Shown here in pieces: positions 1-12,361 of a stretch of DNA of 64,000 nucleotides. Every line of letters begins with the position of its first letter. The first letter of the stretch is position 1. The DNA is taken from NCBI GenBank assembly GCA_009103225.1, contig RHPI01001202.1, positions 367,206-431,205 of the forward strand. The letters are read 5' to 3'. The position numbers were made by a program, and so were the translations under genes. Below the pieces are notes generated by a model, which worked only from the letters and a program-made list of their open reading frames with translations, searched no databases and was not told the origin of the DNA. Source of the stretch: Chlorokybus atmophyticus. Lineage: Eukaryota; Plantae; Mesostigma and Chlorokybus algae.

Positions 1-201
1 GTGGTATGCATTGCTGTCACTCACGCATCCACACCCACACAACCACACACGCCCATGTTTACGCACTTTTACGCGCACATGCGTATACACGTGCGTGTGA
101 CAGCGCGCACGCACATGTACACGCATGCACGCAAGCATGCACGCACGTATGCATGTGCTACACACGTGCATGCATGCACACCCTTACACATACACACACA
201 G

Positions 202-1300
202 ATGGGTAGCGTGCCGTGCGCGGCAACATCTGTGCGTGGCAGCGGGCGCGAGTTTGTTGCGAGGGTTGCCCTGTGCGCGGGGCCGGGACAGTACCGCATC
301 TACGTGAAGGGCGGGCGTGTCCGCGACGCCGCCGGCAACACTGCCGCCTTAAGCAACGTCGTCACCTACGAACACAGTACGTCGTTGGACATTGTGCGCG
401 TGTGCGTGTGCGTGATGTTGTTCAAGTTGTACTTGTTGCTCAAGTGTTATTGTATGGCAGAGAGGCCTGCTGTGGCGGCCGCAATCGCAGCGCAAGCGAG
501 CTTCAAGTTGGATGCTACCGATTCAACAACAGGACCTGATTGCGAAGCGCTGCCTGCGGGGTCAAAGTGCGAGTACTTTGGGGACACGCCGGGCTTCTGC
601 GATTGCCAGCGCAGGTTTGCACACCATTGCAGTGCGTGCGTGTGTGCGTTCGTGTGTGTGTGTGTGTAACTTTTCCCCCTCTCTGTGGCACAGGTGCGTG
701 CCAGCGGTGTCATTCCTTTCTAGGTTGGGTTCGGCTCTTTGCGACGCGGATCTCGATTGTGAGGAGCTCGCGCATGACTGCGGGGACTGCGGCGTGGGAG
801 GAGCAAGCGCCAGCAGGGAGTTGTGTCAAAAGCAAGGGCAACCAGGTGCGTATGCATATGCATGCGTGCACATACACCTCAAAGTTTTAGCAGACTGAAC
901 GAGGACTAACAACTTAATCTCATGTTGTTCAGATATGGTTGCCCCATTTGTGGATATATATGGGAACGACCTCATCAATGGGCCTCTTGGCCACACGACA
1001 ACGCGGGAGCAAGTCGAGTTGACACTATTTGCATCCGAGGCGCTTGCCAACTATACATCAGCAGCTTTTGTGGTGTCCACGGGGGCGACAATATCGGCAC
1101 CCCCTGAGCTGATATCGAGTTCAGCCTACAGGGTCAGGCTGGATTTCGACAGCGCCTTCTACGGGCATGTCGATGTCACGCTGCCCGTGGACTCGATATC
1201 GGACGCAGCGGGCAATACCAACGACTCGCCTGCAGGGATTCGCTTGTGGCGCACGCGCATCGTGCCCGTAAAACCCATCGACTGCTACGCCACGCAGTGA
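202..1300 (+). CDS. 3' exons (partial gene) of a putative extracellular protein with two bacterial-type Ig-like repeats flanking a Cys-rich/LNR-like segment
   Basis: Four exons join in phase through GT-AG introns (202-376, 461-614, about 694-845, about 933-1300). The DAAGN motif occurs twice (VRDAAGNT, ISDAAGNT), typical of bacterial Ig-like domains. LCDADLDCEELAHDCGDC resembles an LNR repeat. Stop at 1298-1300; the 5' end is not identified. Confidence 0.7.
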
Positions 1301-2383
1301 AGTGTTGTACCATAAATGCACACATACGCACATACTTAGTTTGAGAGTATTACATGCGTACCTAGTTTTGCAAGAAAAAGTGTAAAGTCCTCTTCAGTAC
1401 TGTACAAACAGATGGTAACCGGCGCAGATGCTCAGTAGACCCCTACATCCCAATGAAGAGACCTTATTGGTATAACAGTCGGCGACGTTGGGTCGGGCAC
1501 AGTGTAGATTAAGTCGTAAAGAGATACATATAACAGAGTTAGCTGTTTATTGTTTGGGGTGGCGTACATTATGCGCCACCAGCTAGTACTTTTATGTACT
1601 CCTTGCTTTGTTACATACCGTCCTTCTGAAGGCGTATGACGTTAACATACCTTTTGCTGTTCTTACTTAAAATTAAGCTGCCTTTACGCGCTGCGTGTGC
1701 GTGAGCGTGTGTTTGTGTGTGCGCAGAGCAGATTGTCGTGTGCGTCCACACCAGCATGCTGTGCTCTGGCATAATCATGTTCAGGATATATGACGTGCTA
1801 TTAGACACACGCATGCAATGCATCACAACCACTCAAGCATTACATGCACACTAAAATAACAATTCACTGTTGTCACCACCAGGCTAATCTACTGCACTAA
1901 AATACCAGCTGGCCTTCCCCATTAGACATGCATGTACATATGTGTGTCTCTAATCAAACACAGTGCCAGTACAGCGCTTATGTGCTGGGCTAGTACCTTG
2001 TAGTTGAACCGGTAAAAACTCACATACTGCAGCAGGAGGCGCCTACAGCTAGCCACGTGACCACGTGCGCACCCCGTCACAAGCCATAAACGCCACGTGT
2101 AGGATGGCTGGCTTCTCCTCAGCATCAGGTGGCTTGCACGCAGAGCGCGCAGGCCGGAAGCCCGCAATGTCCTGGCCCAGCTACATCAGTGCCGTGAAAA
2201 GCCGCTGCTACAGGAGTGGCCTCATGATGACTTGTGGCCAACTAATGTGATTGCAATGTGGCAATGGCGCAAGTAGTTGGCTCCTGCCATCCAGGCATTG
2301 TAAAACGACTCCACACAAAGATTGTATGCATACGCACACAAGAACTAGCGCATCCATCAATGCCTAGTCACAACGTCTCTGCG

Positions 2384-5055
2384 TCATCTGTAGCCCAACA
2401 GTAGTTCCCGCGCAAACTCTGCACTGCCATTACTCGGCGCTGGTGTCAAGCGCAGGATATCCGCCATGATGTTATACAGCTCCACACTTACAAAGGGCGA
2501 GACAGCATGCGCTTTCCTAAACCTCGGGCCCCGAGCGATGAACGTGGCGCGCATTGACAACAGCGAGTTTTCGTAGCCATGTGTGCCACCGCACCCGCAC
2601 AAGTTGGCACGCATTCTCTCACCGGTAGTTATTACATATCCCTCCTGCGCGATGCCCACGATTGGAGGCACTCTGTCACCATATGAAAAATGCAGGTGTT
2701 CGGGCACATCTTCTCTGAAGTACAGCGACATCTGTGCATTGCTTTGCAACAATGCGCCGGTTAGGTTCTCATACACTTGCACAATGGATGCTGCATCTGG
2801 CGGACGTATTCCCAACACCGGCGAGTAGTACTCTACCCAGCTCAGGTCCATCGTCGGCAGCAGCTCATCCAGCAATATGACCTGTTCTCAGGATGGGCCA
2901 ACAATCATACACGCTCAAGGTGTGTGCAACCTTAGCTACAAGCAACAACTTGAACAGCGTGTGCGATACCTTGTTGGCACACGTAGACGCCATGCCGTGG
3001 TCGCTGACAACAATTAGATGGGTGCTGTCAAGGAGACCTCTAGCCCGCAGCCCGTCAACGAGACGGCCAACAACGGAGTCAATCTGTTGTACCGCCGCAG
3101 CAACCTGAGGTATACAAGCACAGACATTGTCGTTCAGCAAGCACCAACAGGTTGTGTATGAACACCAGCGATTTGACTACTGGTATTGCAAACTCACCTG
3201 AGGCGAGTCTGGACCATATATGTGGCCCATGGTGTCTGCAACATTGACGTAGGCGGTCATGAAGCGGGGTCGTTCTTCAATAGGAAGGTCAAGATACCCC
3301 AACACCGTGTCTATGCGAGCCTCATATGGCATGCTGCCATTGTACGCTAGACACCACCTGAGGACAAGGTCGCAACGAAAAGGTGTACTCTTGCAACCAA
3401 TCACAAGACGTGCGTAGAATGCTGACGATCACACAAAGCTGTCATACCGCGGGTCGCAATCCCATGGTGGTAACTGTGTTTCACTCCCGGGCCTTGAAGC
3501 AACAACATGTTCGTAAGAACCTGCCCAAGCAATCCTTGCATGCGCAGCACACATTGGGGATGGTGAACAATGGTGTCCTACCCAAGCGTCATACCAAAAT
3601 GCTGTGGCTGCACGCACACCTTGCTTGGTCGCAGTCATCCAAATTGGCTCTCCTACCGCAGCAATCAATGCATATTCCCACATGCACAACAATGCGGTTG
3701 CATCATATTGCCCCCTGCTATCTGTACTCACCAAGCCACCACTTTGGCTCTTTGGAACTCATAGTAAAGATGGATCCATCTTCTGGGTCTCGAAAAGTGT
3801 TGCCGACAATCCCGTGCCAAGGAGGGTACAGCCCTGTGGCCATCGAGTAGTGCGACGGGAATGTCTCACTTGGAAACACAGGCAGCATGCCCACGCTTGC
3901 ATGAGTCCCCGACGCACACAGAAATTCTAGATTGGGAGCGTACACCTTGTTGATGTAATCCCACCTGCGAGGAACCAACATGGCTGATGTTGCTGTAGAT
4001 TGCCCACTTGTTCAAGCACATGCGTATGCACAACGGACAATCTGTGCAAGTCAGTCACCTGAAGCCATCCAAAGATACAAGTATAATTGTAGGGTTCACA
4101 TCTTCCAGGGCCAACAAGTCCTCGACATCTGTGCTGGACACAACCCCAGAACAGTTGAGAGTGTGTGCAAAACAATAGACAATAAAATAAGCTTAGGTCA
4201 GCGCCATGGACTTTTGTGAGTAGCCGGCTTACTTGGCAAGAGACATGTCCATCACTACCGACACAGTCACCGGCACGCACAAGCACACAAGCGCATGTGC
4301 ATGCACATGAACCTTTATCTGGTCGATCGACAGCGAGTTTGACTGTAGCAGTTACAAGCGCAGCAGTGATGGCAATCAGCACAGCAACTCCGAATGCACA
4401 GAGTCTCAGCACTCTACGCAATCGCACGATCTCAGCGCCAGAATCGCCCTGAAGAAGCATACTCCTGCTCTGTTCACTGCTGAAGGGCATCATGAAGGTG
4501 GACTTGAGCTGCGAAGCCCAGTCATTCTCAGCAGGAGAAGGTGCTGGATCCTGCAGCACATGCGATCAGCACTGCAAACGCAGCAAGGGCGCACTCCAAC
4601 TTCGCAAGTTAGATTATTCTGTCATGTCATTCAACTGTGAAGTAGGCTTTCCCTGCAGCGATGGAGAAATGTTGCATGTGCCTGGAAGCGCCGAGCCATT
4701 GTGCGTGTGCGCAACTTTGTCAGCTTAAGTTTAGCCAGTGTGCGGCCAGGCAAAGTGGACGACAGGTGCAGTTGCTACTGCCCTCAGCTGATGAAGTGCA
4801 TGTTTCAAATGCAACGCAAGTAAAGTGCAGACATGCGTACAGCACATTCAAGGAAGCATGCCGCCTCCTGCAAGCATGCTTGCTTGGGCACATACTAATC
4901 ACTACATACTGAAATCACTTTACTTGAATGGCTGAACAAACCAGATGCTAGCACACCTCCAGGAGAAGCTCAACCATCTCGCTGCCGGCCTCCTCAGCGA
5001 CCCCGGTGGTCTGCGCAGCTTCCCTCTTGCTGCCCAGCACCGCCGTCGCCGCCAT
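2384..5055 (-). CDS. Type I phosphodiesterase / nucleotide pyrophosphatase (ENPP/NPP family) with N-terminal membrane anchor; multi-exon
   Basis: Motifs IILVSLDGFR, FPSETFPSHYSMATGLYPPWHGIVGN (catalytic Thr), GHIYGPDSP, IVVSDHGM, GTHGYEN and FIARGPRF. Hydrophobic segment LCAFGVAVLIAITAALVTATV. First exon 5055-4957 (MAATAVLG...LLE) splices in phase to DPAPSP; stop at 2384-2386. Confidence 0.92.
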
Positions 5056-5412
5056 GAAGCAAGCAAACCGGCCCCCTGGATATAGCCCTGGGTGGTGACA
5101 GCAGGAGTTCCCACCCTCCCAAAACAAAACACAATGAAGCAGGCAAGCATGCACTTAGCAAGCTCAGCTTGCCAAGCTGTAAGCATTTTTCTGGAAGCCT
5201 TAGCTGTGCCGCGTTGCCTGCGGCGGCGGCGGCGGTGGGGTTGGTGTAGGTGATGTTGCAGCTGCCAGCCGTGGTTCAGTTCTGTGGAGTGGGTTGCTGG
5301 CTCAGGCGGAGCAGGAGGAGCTAGCATGGGGCGAGCTGCTGCTTGTTAGGGTTTTGCTGGTGGGGTTGCTTTCTAGCGCTGAGCTGTGGCAGCTTGAGGT
5401 AAGGCAGGCATT
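5056..5412. promoter_or_regulatory. Putative bidirectional promoter between ENPP and SEC63, with a telo-box
   Basis: Start codons are head-to-head at 5055 (-) and 5413 (+). TTAGGGTTT (reverse complement of the AAACCCTAA telo-box) at 5346-5354; GGC repeats near 5220. Confidence 0.55.
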
Positions 5413-8409
5413 ATGGCTGGCGAACAGGGTGATGAGATCAGCGCTCTGTTCCCCATTTTCCTGCTGTCCGTGCTCTCCCTGTTCCTGGTGCCCTGGACCA
5501 TCGTGCTGCTGCTTGGCCTCGCCTCCGGCAAGCACAGAGCTGGCAGCCGCGCCACATGTAGCTGCTCCATGTGCCGTCGATCTCCCAAAAATGCGCAGTC
5601 TGTATGGAGAAAGGTAACTCTGCTGCTACCGCTGCTGCATTGGATTGCTATTTTGGTTGCTTGTTTGCTTGGTTTACATCCATTGCCGTGCGTTGATAGC
5701 TGCATGAATGCCAGCAGTAGCCCCAGCGGTTCGGTTTGAGTTTTATGCATTTGGCATGTGTTCCTCCTCTCTGTGCACATTGCATTCTGCTTGAGAGCTC
5801 GGCTGCGTCTTGCAAATGCATTTTTTGGTTTGCAGCGTGTCTGGCCATGCCTATCATTGTTTCTGTTTGTGGCAATGCAGGTCAACCGGTATTTGACAGT
5901 GGGCAATGTGGCCTGCTTGCTTCTGTGGTGCGTTGCGGTCGCCTTAATGTTATACATACGAGCATCCACGGCGCAGGTGGGAAAAACAGACTTGGTTCAT
6001 TGTATGCATGTGTACCGAGTGTAAAGTGTTAAGTTTTTTTACGTACACCCTGTATGTTCATAAGAATATTTCTCTCGTATCGTATCACAATACAAAAGCA
6101 TGCCTGATTGGCACAGCCTATGCAACAACACAGTGAGTGGCTGCAGTTAGAACAGCGTTGGTGTATCAATACACTGATGCACCTGCTGGCTTCAGGTGAC
6201 ACCGTTTGAGCCGTACTCTATTCTTGGGTTGTCGTCTGGTGCGTCTGAGTCGGACATCAAGAAGGCGTATCGCCGGCTGTCATTACTGTACCATCCAGAT
6301 AAAAATCCGGACCCTGGTGAGTTGTGCTGGATGTCAAGCAGTTGGTTACCAGAGGAGTTGCACTGCAGTTACTTTTGGTACACAGAAGCAAGCATTTTGA
6401 CTGCGTGCTTGATAGAGTACTTGGACTTGTGCAGCTGCTACGCAATACTTCACGGACTACATTTCAAAGGCATACAAGGCGCTGACTGATGAGACAATGA
6501 AGAAGAACCTTGAGGAGCATGGACACCCTGATGGACCTCAGGTATAATACAATCTGAGTCCCTTCCCGCTGTAGAGCTTCCTTGCTTAAGGGTCAAGTGA
6601 TTGCAATGCAGGGGTATGTTGTTGGCATAGCGCTGCCCAAGTTCATGCTGCAAAGTGGTGCGAATGGTGGCGCATTGGTGTTGTGCCTTGTTGGTTGCGG
6701 CATCCTCTTGCCGCTTATTGCGGCGGTTGTTTACCTCACGAAGTCTTCAAAGTATGCTGGCAATCAAGTCATGCAGCAGACAATGACTTACTATCACGTT
6801 ATGATGAAGCCATCATTGGCGCTAAGGTATGCTACGCCAGCGTGTGCTGACTTGATGAACCTGAGCGAACACACACTGACTGCGTGCCGTTTGCAGCAAG
6901 GTTATTGAACACTTAATGGTAGCTGATGAGTATGTGTCGATACCCGTGCGCCGTACGGATGAAGAGCCACTACAACGACTTGCCAACGTGTTGAGAGGCG
7001 AGTTGGCATTTGACCCCAGTAACTTGAAGACGCAAAAAGAGAAGTTCTGGCGTAGGCATCCTGCACTGATCAAGGTGCATGCATTGCCCAATTCTCTCTC
7101 TCTCTCTCTATCAGATCTGCAAACGCCTGTGGCATTGCTAGAGCGATACCATGTGCATGACGAGCTGGTGTTACTCTGGTGGCAGGCACAATTGCTTCTC
7201 CTGGCTCAGATGTCGCGCGAGAGTGCCCAAGTCGATCAGGGTTTACTGCAGCAGGACATGACGAACATTCTTCAGCTCGCTCCTAAGTTAATGGAGGAGC
7301 TTTTCAAGGCAGCTGTGAGACCACGGCCACCGTTGTATGCTGGCTGGCTGCGGCCAGCCCAGAGTGTACTGGAGGTTTCACAATGCCTTATACAAGGTGT
7401 GCCGCTGAGCCTCAAGAAGTTGGATCGGGCTTCAGCATCTGGGATGTCCGGTGCTGACGGACCGGCATCACTGATGCAGTTGCCGCATGTCGATTCGGAC
7501 TGCCTTAAGCAACTGGGGCGCAAGGTATGGCACTGTATGCATTGAGTGCTTGCAGTGGTCATCCCCCTGTTTGACATGCAGACAAACAAGTGGATCCATA
7601 CTTACATGCGGGTGTTGTGCACACAGAAAGTGCGGGGACTTGCAGATTTGCAGGCTTGGAACCAGGCTGAGCGTGAAGCGGTGTATGCTGGTGCTGGGAT
7701 CAGTGCAGAGCACGCTGCAGACATTGAAGCTACCTTGGCAGTGCTGCCGGAAGTTACACTCGAGGCGACCGTTGAAACTGAAGGGGAGTCGATGATTGAA
7801 GCCAATGATATTGTTACACTTAATGTGTGGGTGAAGATAACCCGCCCTGGAGGTGGCCCGCCAGCTGGCGAATGCCACAGTCCGCTCTTTCCGTTTGTCA
7901 AGGAGGAGGGCTGGTATCTGATGCTGGTTGACCCTGTGGACAACTCTGTGTTCGTGTCGCAAAAGGTGCTTATGGATTCGGACACACCCCCAGCTGGTGC
8001 CGAAGCTTCCAAGTTGGCCAAAGAAGGTTACCGCTTGACGTCAGCCAAGTTTCAGGCGCCCAAACCATCCGACAAAAGCTACAACCTGCAGCTGCTATGC
8101 ATGTCTGATTGCTGGATTGGTTGCGACCGCAAGCTGCCGATAAAAATGAAGGTTAACAAGCCTGGCACGCGCGGCCCTATTGTCACAGCTGATGGGGAGC
8201 CAGTGGAGGATGAGGTTTTGGAGAAAGAGGGCTCTGATGCTGACCAAGATGAAATATATGATGAGGATGATGAGAGTGAAGGCGAGGAGTCTGATGATGA
8301 AGACTCTGAACCCTTCAGTAGCATCACCGATGGAGCGGACTTGACGGGTCAGACAGATGCGCATGCTAGCAAATCACATAGCAAGTCAAAAGCACGACAG
8401 CGCCGCTGA
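5413..8409 (+). CDS. SEC63: Translocon J-domain protein SEC63/ERdj2; multi-exon
   Basis: N-terminal TM helix ([18 protein letters not shown]). J domain [10 protein letters not shown]...[19 protein letters not shown], then YKALTDE...GHPDGPQ and GIALPKF. Sec63 domain ([33 protein letters not shown]) and acidic C-terminal tail. Introns are canonical. Confidence 0.95.
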
Positions 8410-8691
8410 AGTAGGCAGTTTGGCCGTCGGTCTTTTGAAGAGTGCTAAGGTAGGTAGACACTCGGTATGGTGGGGCTATTCCGTCAACATGTTTTTGCAG
8501 CTGCATTGTCAACGACAGCATGCATGACGGATGAGTTATGTGACCAGCAGATATGTTTCCTTCTTGTTGGTATCAGCTAGTCGGTGGTAAGAACACCGAC
8601 CTGCGGCTTGCTTGTGTTTGTGCGTACACCGACTGCATGATGCCTGCTGTATGCTCACTGCAAGACTTGTGACTTGCATTTGTTCCTATGC

Positions 8692-9094
8692 TTATTGCCC
8701 GAGTTCAGGGGCTTGCGCCAGCGCTTTGGTTGTTACCGTCAGTGCTGTTTCTGTTATGCTCTGCGTGCACCAAGCGTACCTGTGGGTCTGCATCATGCAT
8801 ATATACAACCACAAGATAGTGTGTGGTGTGACCATGCATCGCATAGGCAGATTCATAACCCCGATGACCCACAATGACGGCAGCAGCAAAGGTGCATACC
8901 TGCACAAGCTTGCCCAAGCTCCTAGAGCATGTTTGTGACAAGACTGTGCATGCAAAGTAGCAGCACAGCACGGTACTGTATGGTAGTGCACTACACAACA
9001 CCAATCTCTGTCTCTCGCACCAGCTCAAAACACTATCGCTATTGTTGTTTTTTGCTGGTGAAGTAGTTGCGGGAATAGAAGCGGCGGTCAAGTA
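8692..9094 (-). pseudogene. Possible decayed spliced gene fragment of unknown family
   Basis: Three candidate exons (9094-9021, 8943-8900, 8779-8692) join in phase through GT-AG introns, giving LDRRFYSRNYFTSKKQQ*R*CFELSCHKHALGAWASLCRYAWCTQ..., with two TAG stops. The splice signals could be chance. Confidence 0.25.
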
Positions 9095-9099
9095 CTGTG

Positions 9100-9972
9100 G
9101 GTGGTGTATGGTGACAGCGTGTGCAGCCAAGCGGTTTACGTATACGTTGTCAACTTTGGTACATACGCATGTACATTAATATATGAAGAGGCATTGATAA
9201 TTGATGGTTTGAGGTGAGTAGTATGTGCCCGAGTGCGTGAGTGATAGTGCAAGTGTGAGCAGTCGCGATCAGATGTGTAAGTGATAGCGATTATGACATG
9301 AGGTAATGGACACTAGATCATTTGTAGATAATATTAACGGGTTTGGGTGTGCTATTTTATAGCCTGTCGTTGGCATGAGTGCCCCTTGCCGAGAGCCCTC
9401 GGCATTCCTGCTAATCTCATATGCACAGCACATAGTGTTCAATGAGTTAACAGTAGGGGGCCTCCGGATGTAATTGATGTTGTCCTGCTTACCCTTGCCG
9501 TTGCCAATGACAAGTATGGTGCTTCAATAACCTCGATGGTGTTGTGTGGTGACAACGTGTGCAACTAAATGATGTACGTATACGTTGTCAACTTTTGTAC
9601 GTACGCATGTACATTAATGTACGAAGTGTTGATCATTGATGGGTTGAGGTGTCAGTGGTATGTGCCCGAGTGCGTGAGTGATAGTTTTATCACGTGCAAG
9701 TGTGAGCCATCGCGATCAAATGTGTAATTGATAGCGATGACATGAGGTGATGGACACCAGGACATGTGTAGACAATAGTGTAAGTGCTGTTCTATAGCCT
9801 GTCGTTTGCGCGTGAGTGCCCCTCGGCATTGCTGACTACTCTCATATGCACAGCACATGGTGTTCAACGAGTACTCGCAAACAATAGGGGTCCCCGGATG
9901 TTAGCATTGATGTCTGTACCTACTGACCCTTGCAATTGCCTATCATAAGTATGGTGCTGTAATAAAATGGAT
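9100..9972. repeat. Diverged tandem duplication, unit about 438 bp, two copies
   Basis: tacgtatacgttgtcaactt at 9137 and 9575; gtatgtgcccgagtgcgtgagtgatag, ctcatatgcacagcaca and aagtatggtgct are also shared at the same spacing. Confidence 0.88.
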
Positions 9973-11157
9973 GAATCTATTTTGTGGCATTCATAACCGC
10001 GTGCAGCAAGTGTATAATCTTTATACTTGTTATAGCAAGAATTAACTTGGGTCAGAAATTAGGTTAATAATGAGTATGTGCACATAGCATAAGCTAATAT
10101 TGAACACAATTTAAGCAAGTGCTTAAGTATCAACAAGTCACTAATACATTGCTTCATTCCTTCGAAGTATTAGCCTACTCTCACCAAGGTAGGGGAAGGG
10201 GGGCCCTCATTGAGAGGTCCTTACAGAGCCCCAAACACTACCAACATCACCACAAACACAAGCAAAACGTACACTTTGTCACCACTACATAAAGGCAGTG
10301 ATTATTGATGATAGTGTCAACGGAATGCTGTTGTGCGCTTGACCCACGCAGCGTTTGTGCATCGTAACTTACAGCAGGTTCGAACACATGATTATCATGT
10401 GACTAATTGACTGCCCTTGCATGCTTTTTACAAATGCGGCACCATGCTTCGTCACTAGCGGTGGCAACAGTGCAGGATTTGTTGTTAGTTGGTATAGGGA
10501 CTACGCACTGCATAAATGGCAATTACGCCAAAGCACTTGAGCTGTGTTGTAATCAACCTGGTATAATAGTGCCATGGGTTGATGCTGACCGGGCTGAGGT
10601 GCAAGCATATGTACAAGCTTCTACGTTGTACAAGCTCATACATTAAATGCACAACCCATGCCACATCCGTTGCCATGTTCCATAACTGACACTGCCAGAA
10701 ACAGACTTTGAGGTTTGCTTCTGTGCATGGTTGTCACCCAAGTTTTCATATGCGGGGGCACACATGCGGTCATGTACAAGTCTTCCTATATGCAATGCTT
10801 GCAAGAACTGCGTGCAAAGTTAACAACACCCACGCATGCAGCTAAGCCACACTACATCAGGCCTATATAAACGCCCAAGGATTTGCAACAACCAAACAGG
10901 AGGGAGTGCTAGCACACTTGTCCTATTTTTACATAATGGTGCAGTTGCATAAGGATCCGTATAAACCCCGCTTTATGCTGTAACATGCTTAATACCAGTT
11001 GTCATCTGTTATTGGCTAAAATATCAATGGATTAACAATAAGCATAAGTATGGCAAAGCCTATGTTGCATGGATGCTATTGCACTTCATAACACCAGTGT
11101 GTTTGCACACTACAGGGCGTTTTCCTTTTATACCCCCACTTGTTTGATACTTTGCAA

Positions 11158-11192
11158 CTCGGGGCACGAGATATAATAACTCGCGCCCCGAG
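11158..11192. repeat. GC-rich hairpin (13-bp arms, one mismatch, 9-nt AT loop)
   Basis: ctcggggcacgag-atataataa-ctcgcgccccgag; the single mismatch is a G>A at a CpG. Confidence 0.8.
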
Positions 11193-11300
11193 CTAACGTG
11201 CAGATTAGGGTTTCGTTTCAAGTTCGCAGCAGGCTAAAATATGATTGCTCACTTTTTGCAGTGATTGACTATGGCGATGGTTCACAGGTTGGTTGTGAGC

Positions 11301-11333
11301 TAGGCGGGCTGTTGGTAGGCGGGCTGTTGGTAG
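11301..11333. repeat. 15-bp tandem repeat (two copies plus partial)
   Basis: taggcgggctgttgg at 11301 and 11316, followed by tag. Confidence 0.85.
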
Positions 11334-12295
11334 CTCGGAGTGTGTTGCTAGCAAGGAATTTGGGCCGGCCCATTGCTGCCTTCACTTGATGCTGGCTAGC
11401 TGGCTGGTAGTTTCTTATGCTATGTTATGCTATGCAATGCCCAACGGACTTGCTGCATTCACAGCATGCTATGCACGTGTGTAAGCATGCATGCATACGC
11501 ACTGCTTGTTTCTGATTGCAACAACATTGGCTGATGCTTCAACTTAGCTAACTCGCGCCCATAACATAATGACAGATGTCACGGATTGTAAAGCAAAGCA
11601 CTTGGGGAATGCATGCAAAATTGGGTTATCAAATACTCCGCAGGGTTCACCAAGCTGCAACGCTTCTTCAACACAACCCGTATCACCAAGCAAATGTGAG
11701 CATGTTTAATCGCAATCTTTTTAATTCACCACATCTTACACAACATGGCCCAAGATGTTTACAGCAAGTAGCTTGCATGCCATGTTGAAGTATCATATTG
11801 TTGATCCGGCTGATTGACAACATGTCTGTGCAAACAGCTCAATGATGAATTGCTCATATTTTAAACAAGTTAGTGGCATCCAAATGTGGAACAATGTTGG
11901 GGTGTACATTGCCATGGCCTCTTATGGCTACTTATAACTTGTTCATTTACGAGTTTCACTTTATGCACGTGTCGGACTTTATCAATAGCAATATACATTA
12001 TATACATGCATTCATAGCCGATACGTTGACATTGCTATAAGTGTTATACATTTATGTAATGTATAAATATGGCATGGCATGTTTGTACGCTCAATTTTGG
12101 TGACATTACGCCTTGCAATCGTTGCAAGATTTGACACAATGAAATGCCGTTAATATTATAGGATCATAGGATTAATATTATAGGATTATATATAGTTAAT
12201 GTGATAGAATGTATATTTTGTTTAGCTGCTACCATACAAGCTTTTAAACTCATTAAATTCACCTTAGCGGTCAAGTATTTTAACCCAAGAGGTTT

Positions 12296-12361
12296 CAATT
12301 AACTCAGAGAAGTTACGGATAGAAGTTACAATTAACTCAGAGAAGTTACGGATAGAAGTTT
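12296..12361. repeat. 33-bp tandem duplication
   Basis: caattaactcagagaagttacggatagaagtt(a/t) at 12296 and 12329. Confidence 0.9.

Noticed and set aside
1-200. ORFs rich in H/T/A/C/V here and in many introns (e.g. 38600-39100, 42900-43150, 49500-50250)
   Set aside because: They are translations of CA/CACG/GCAT microsatellite-like intron sequence, not proteins.
10370-10400. ggttcgaa resembling a tRNA T-loop
   Set aside because: No acceptor stem, D arm or anticodon arm could be built around it.
10407-10676. Short ORFs, and a frame reading FVVSWYRDYALHKWQ with stops
   Set aside because: No recognisable family motif; too fragmentary to call.
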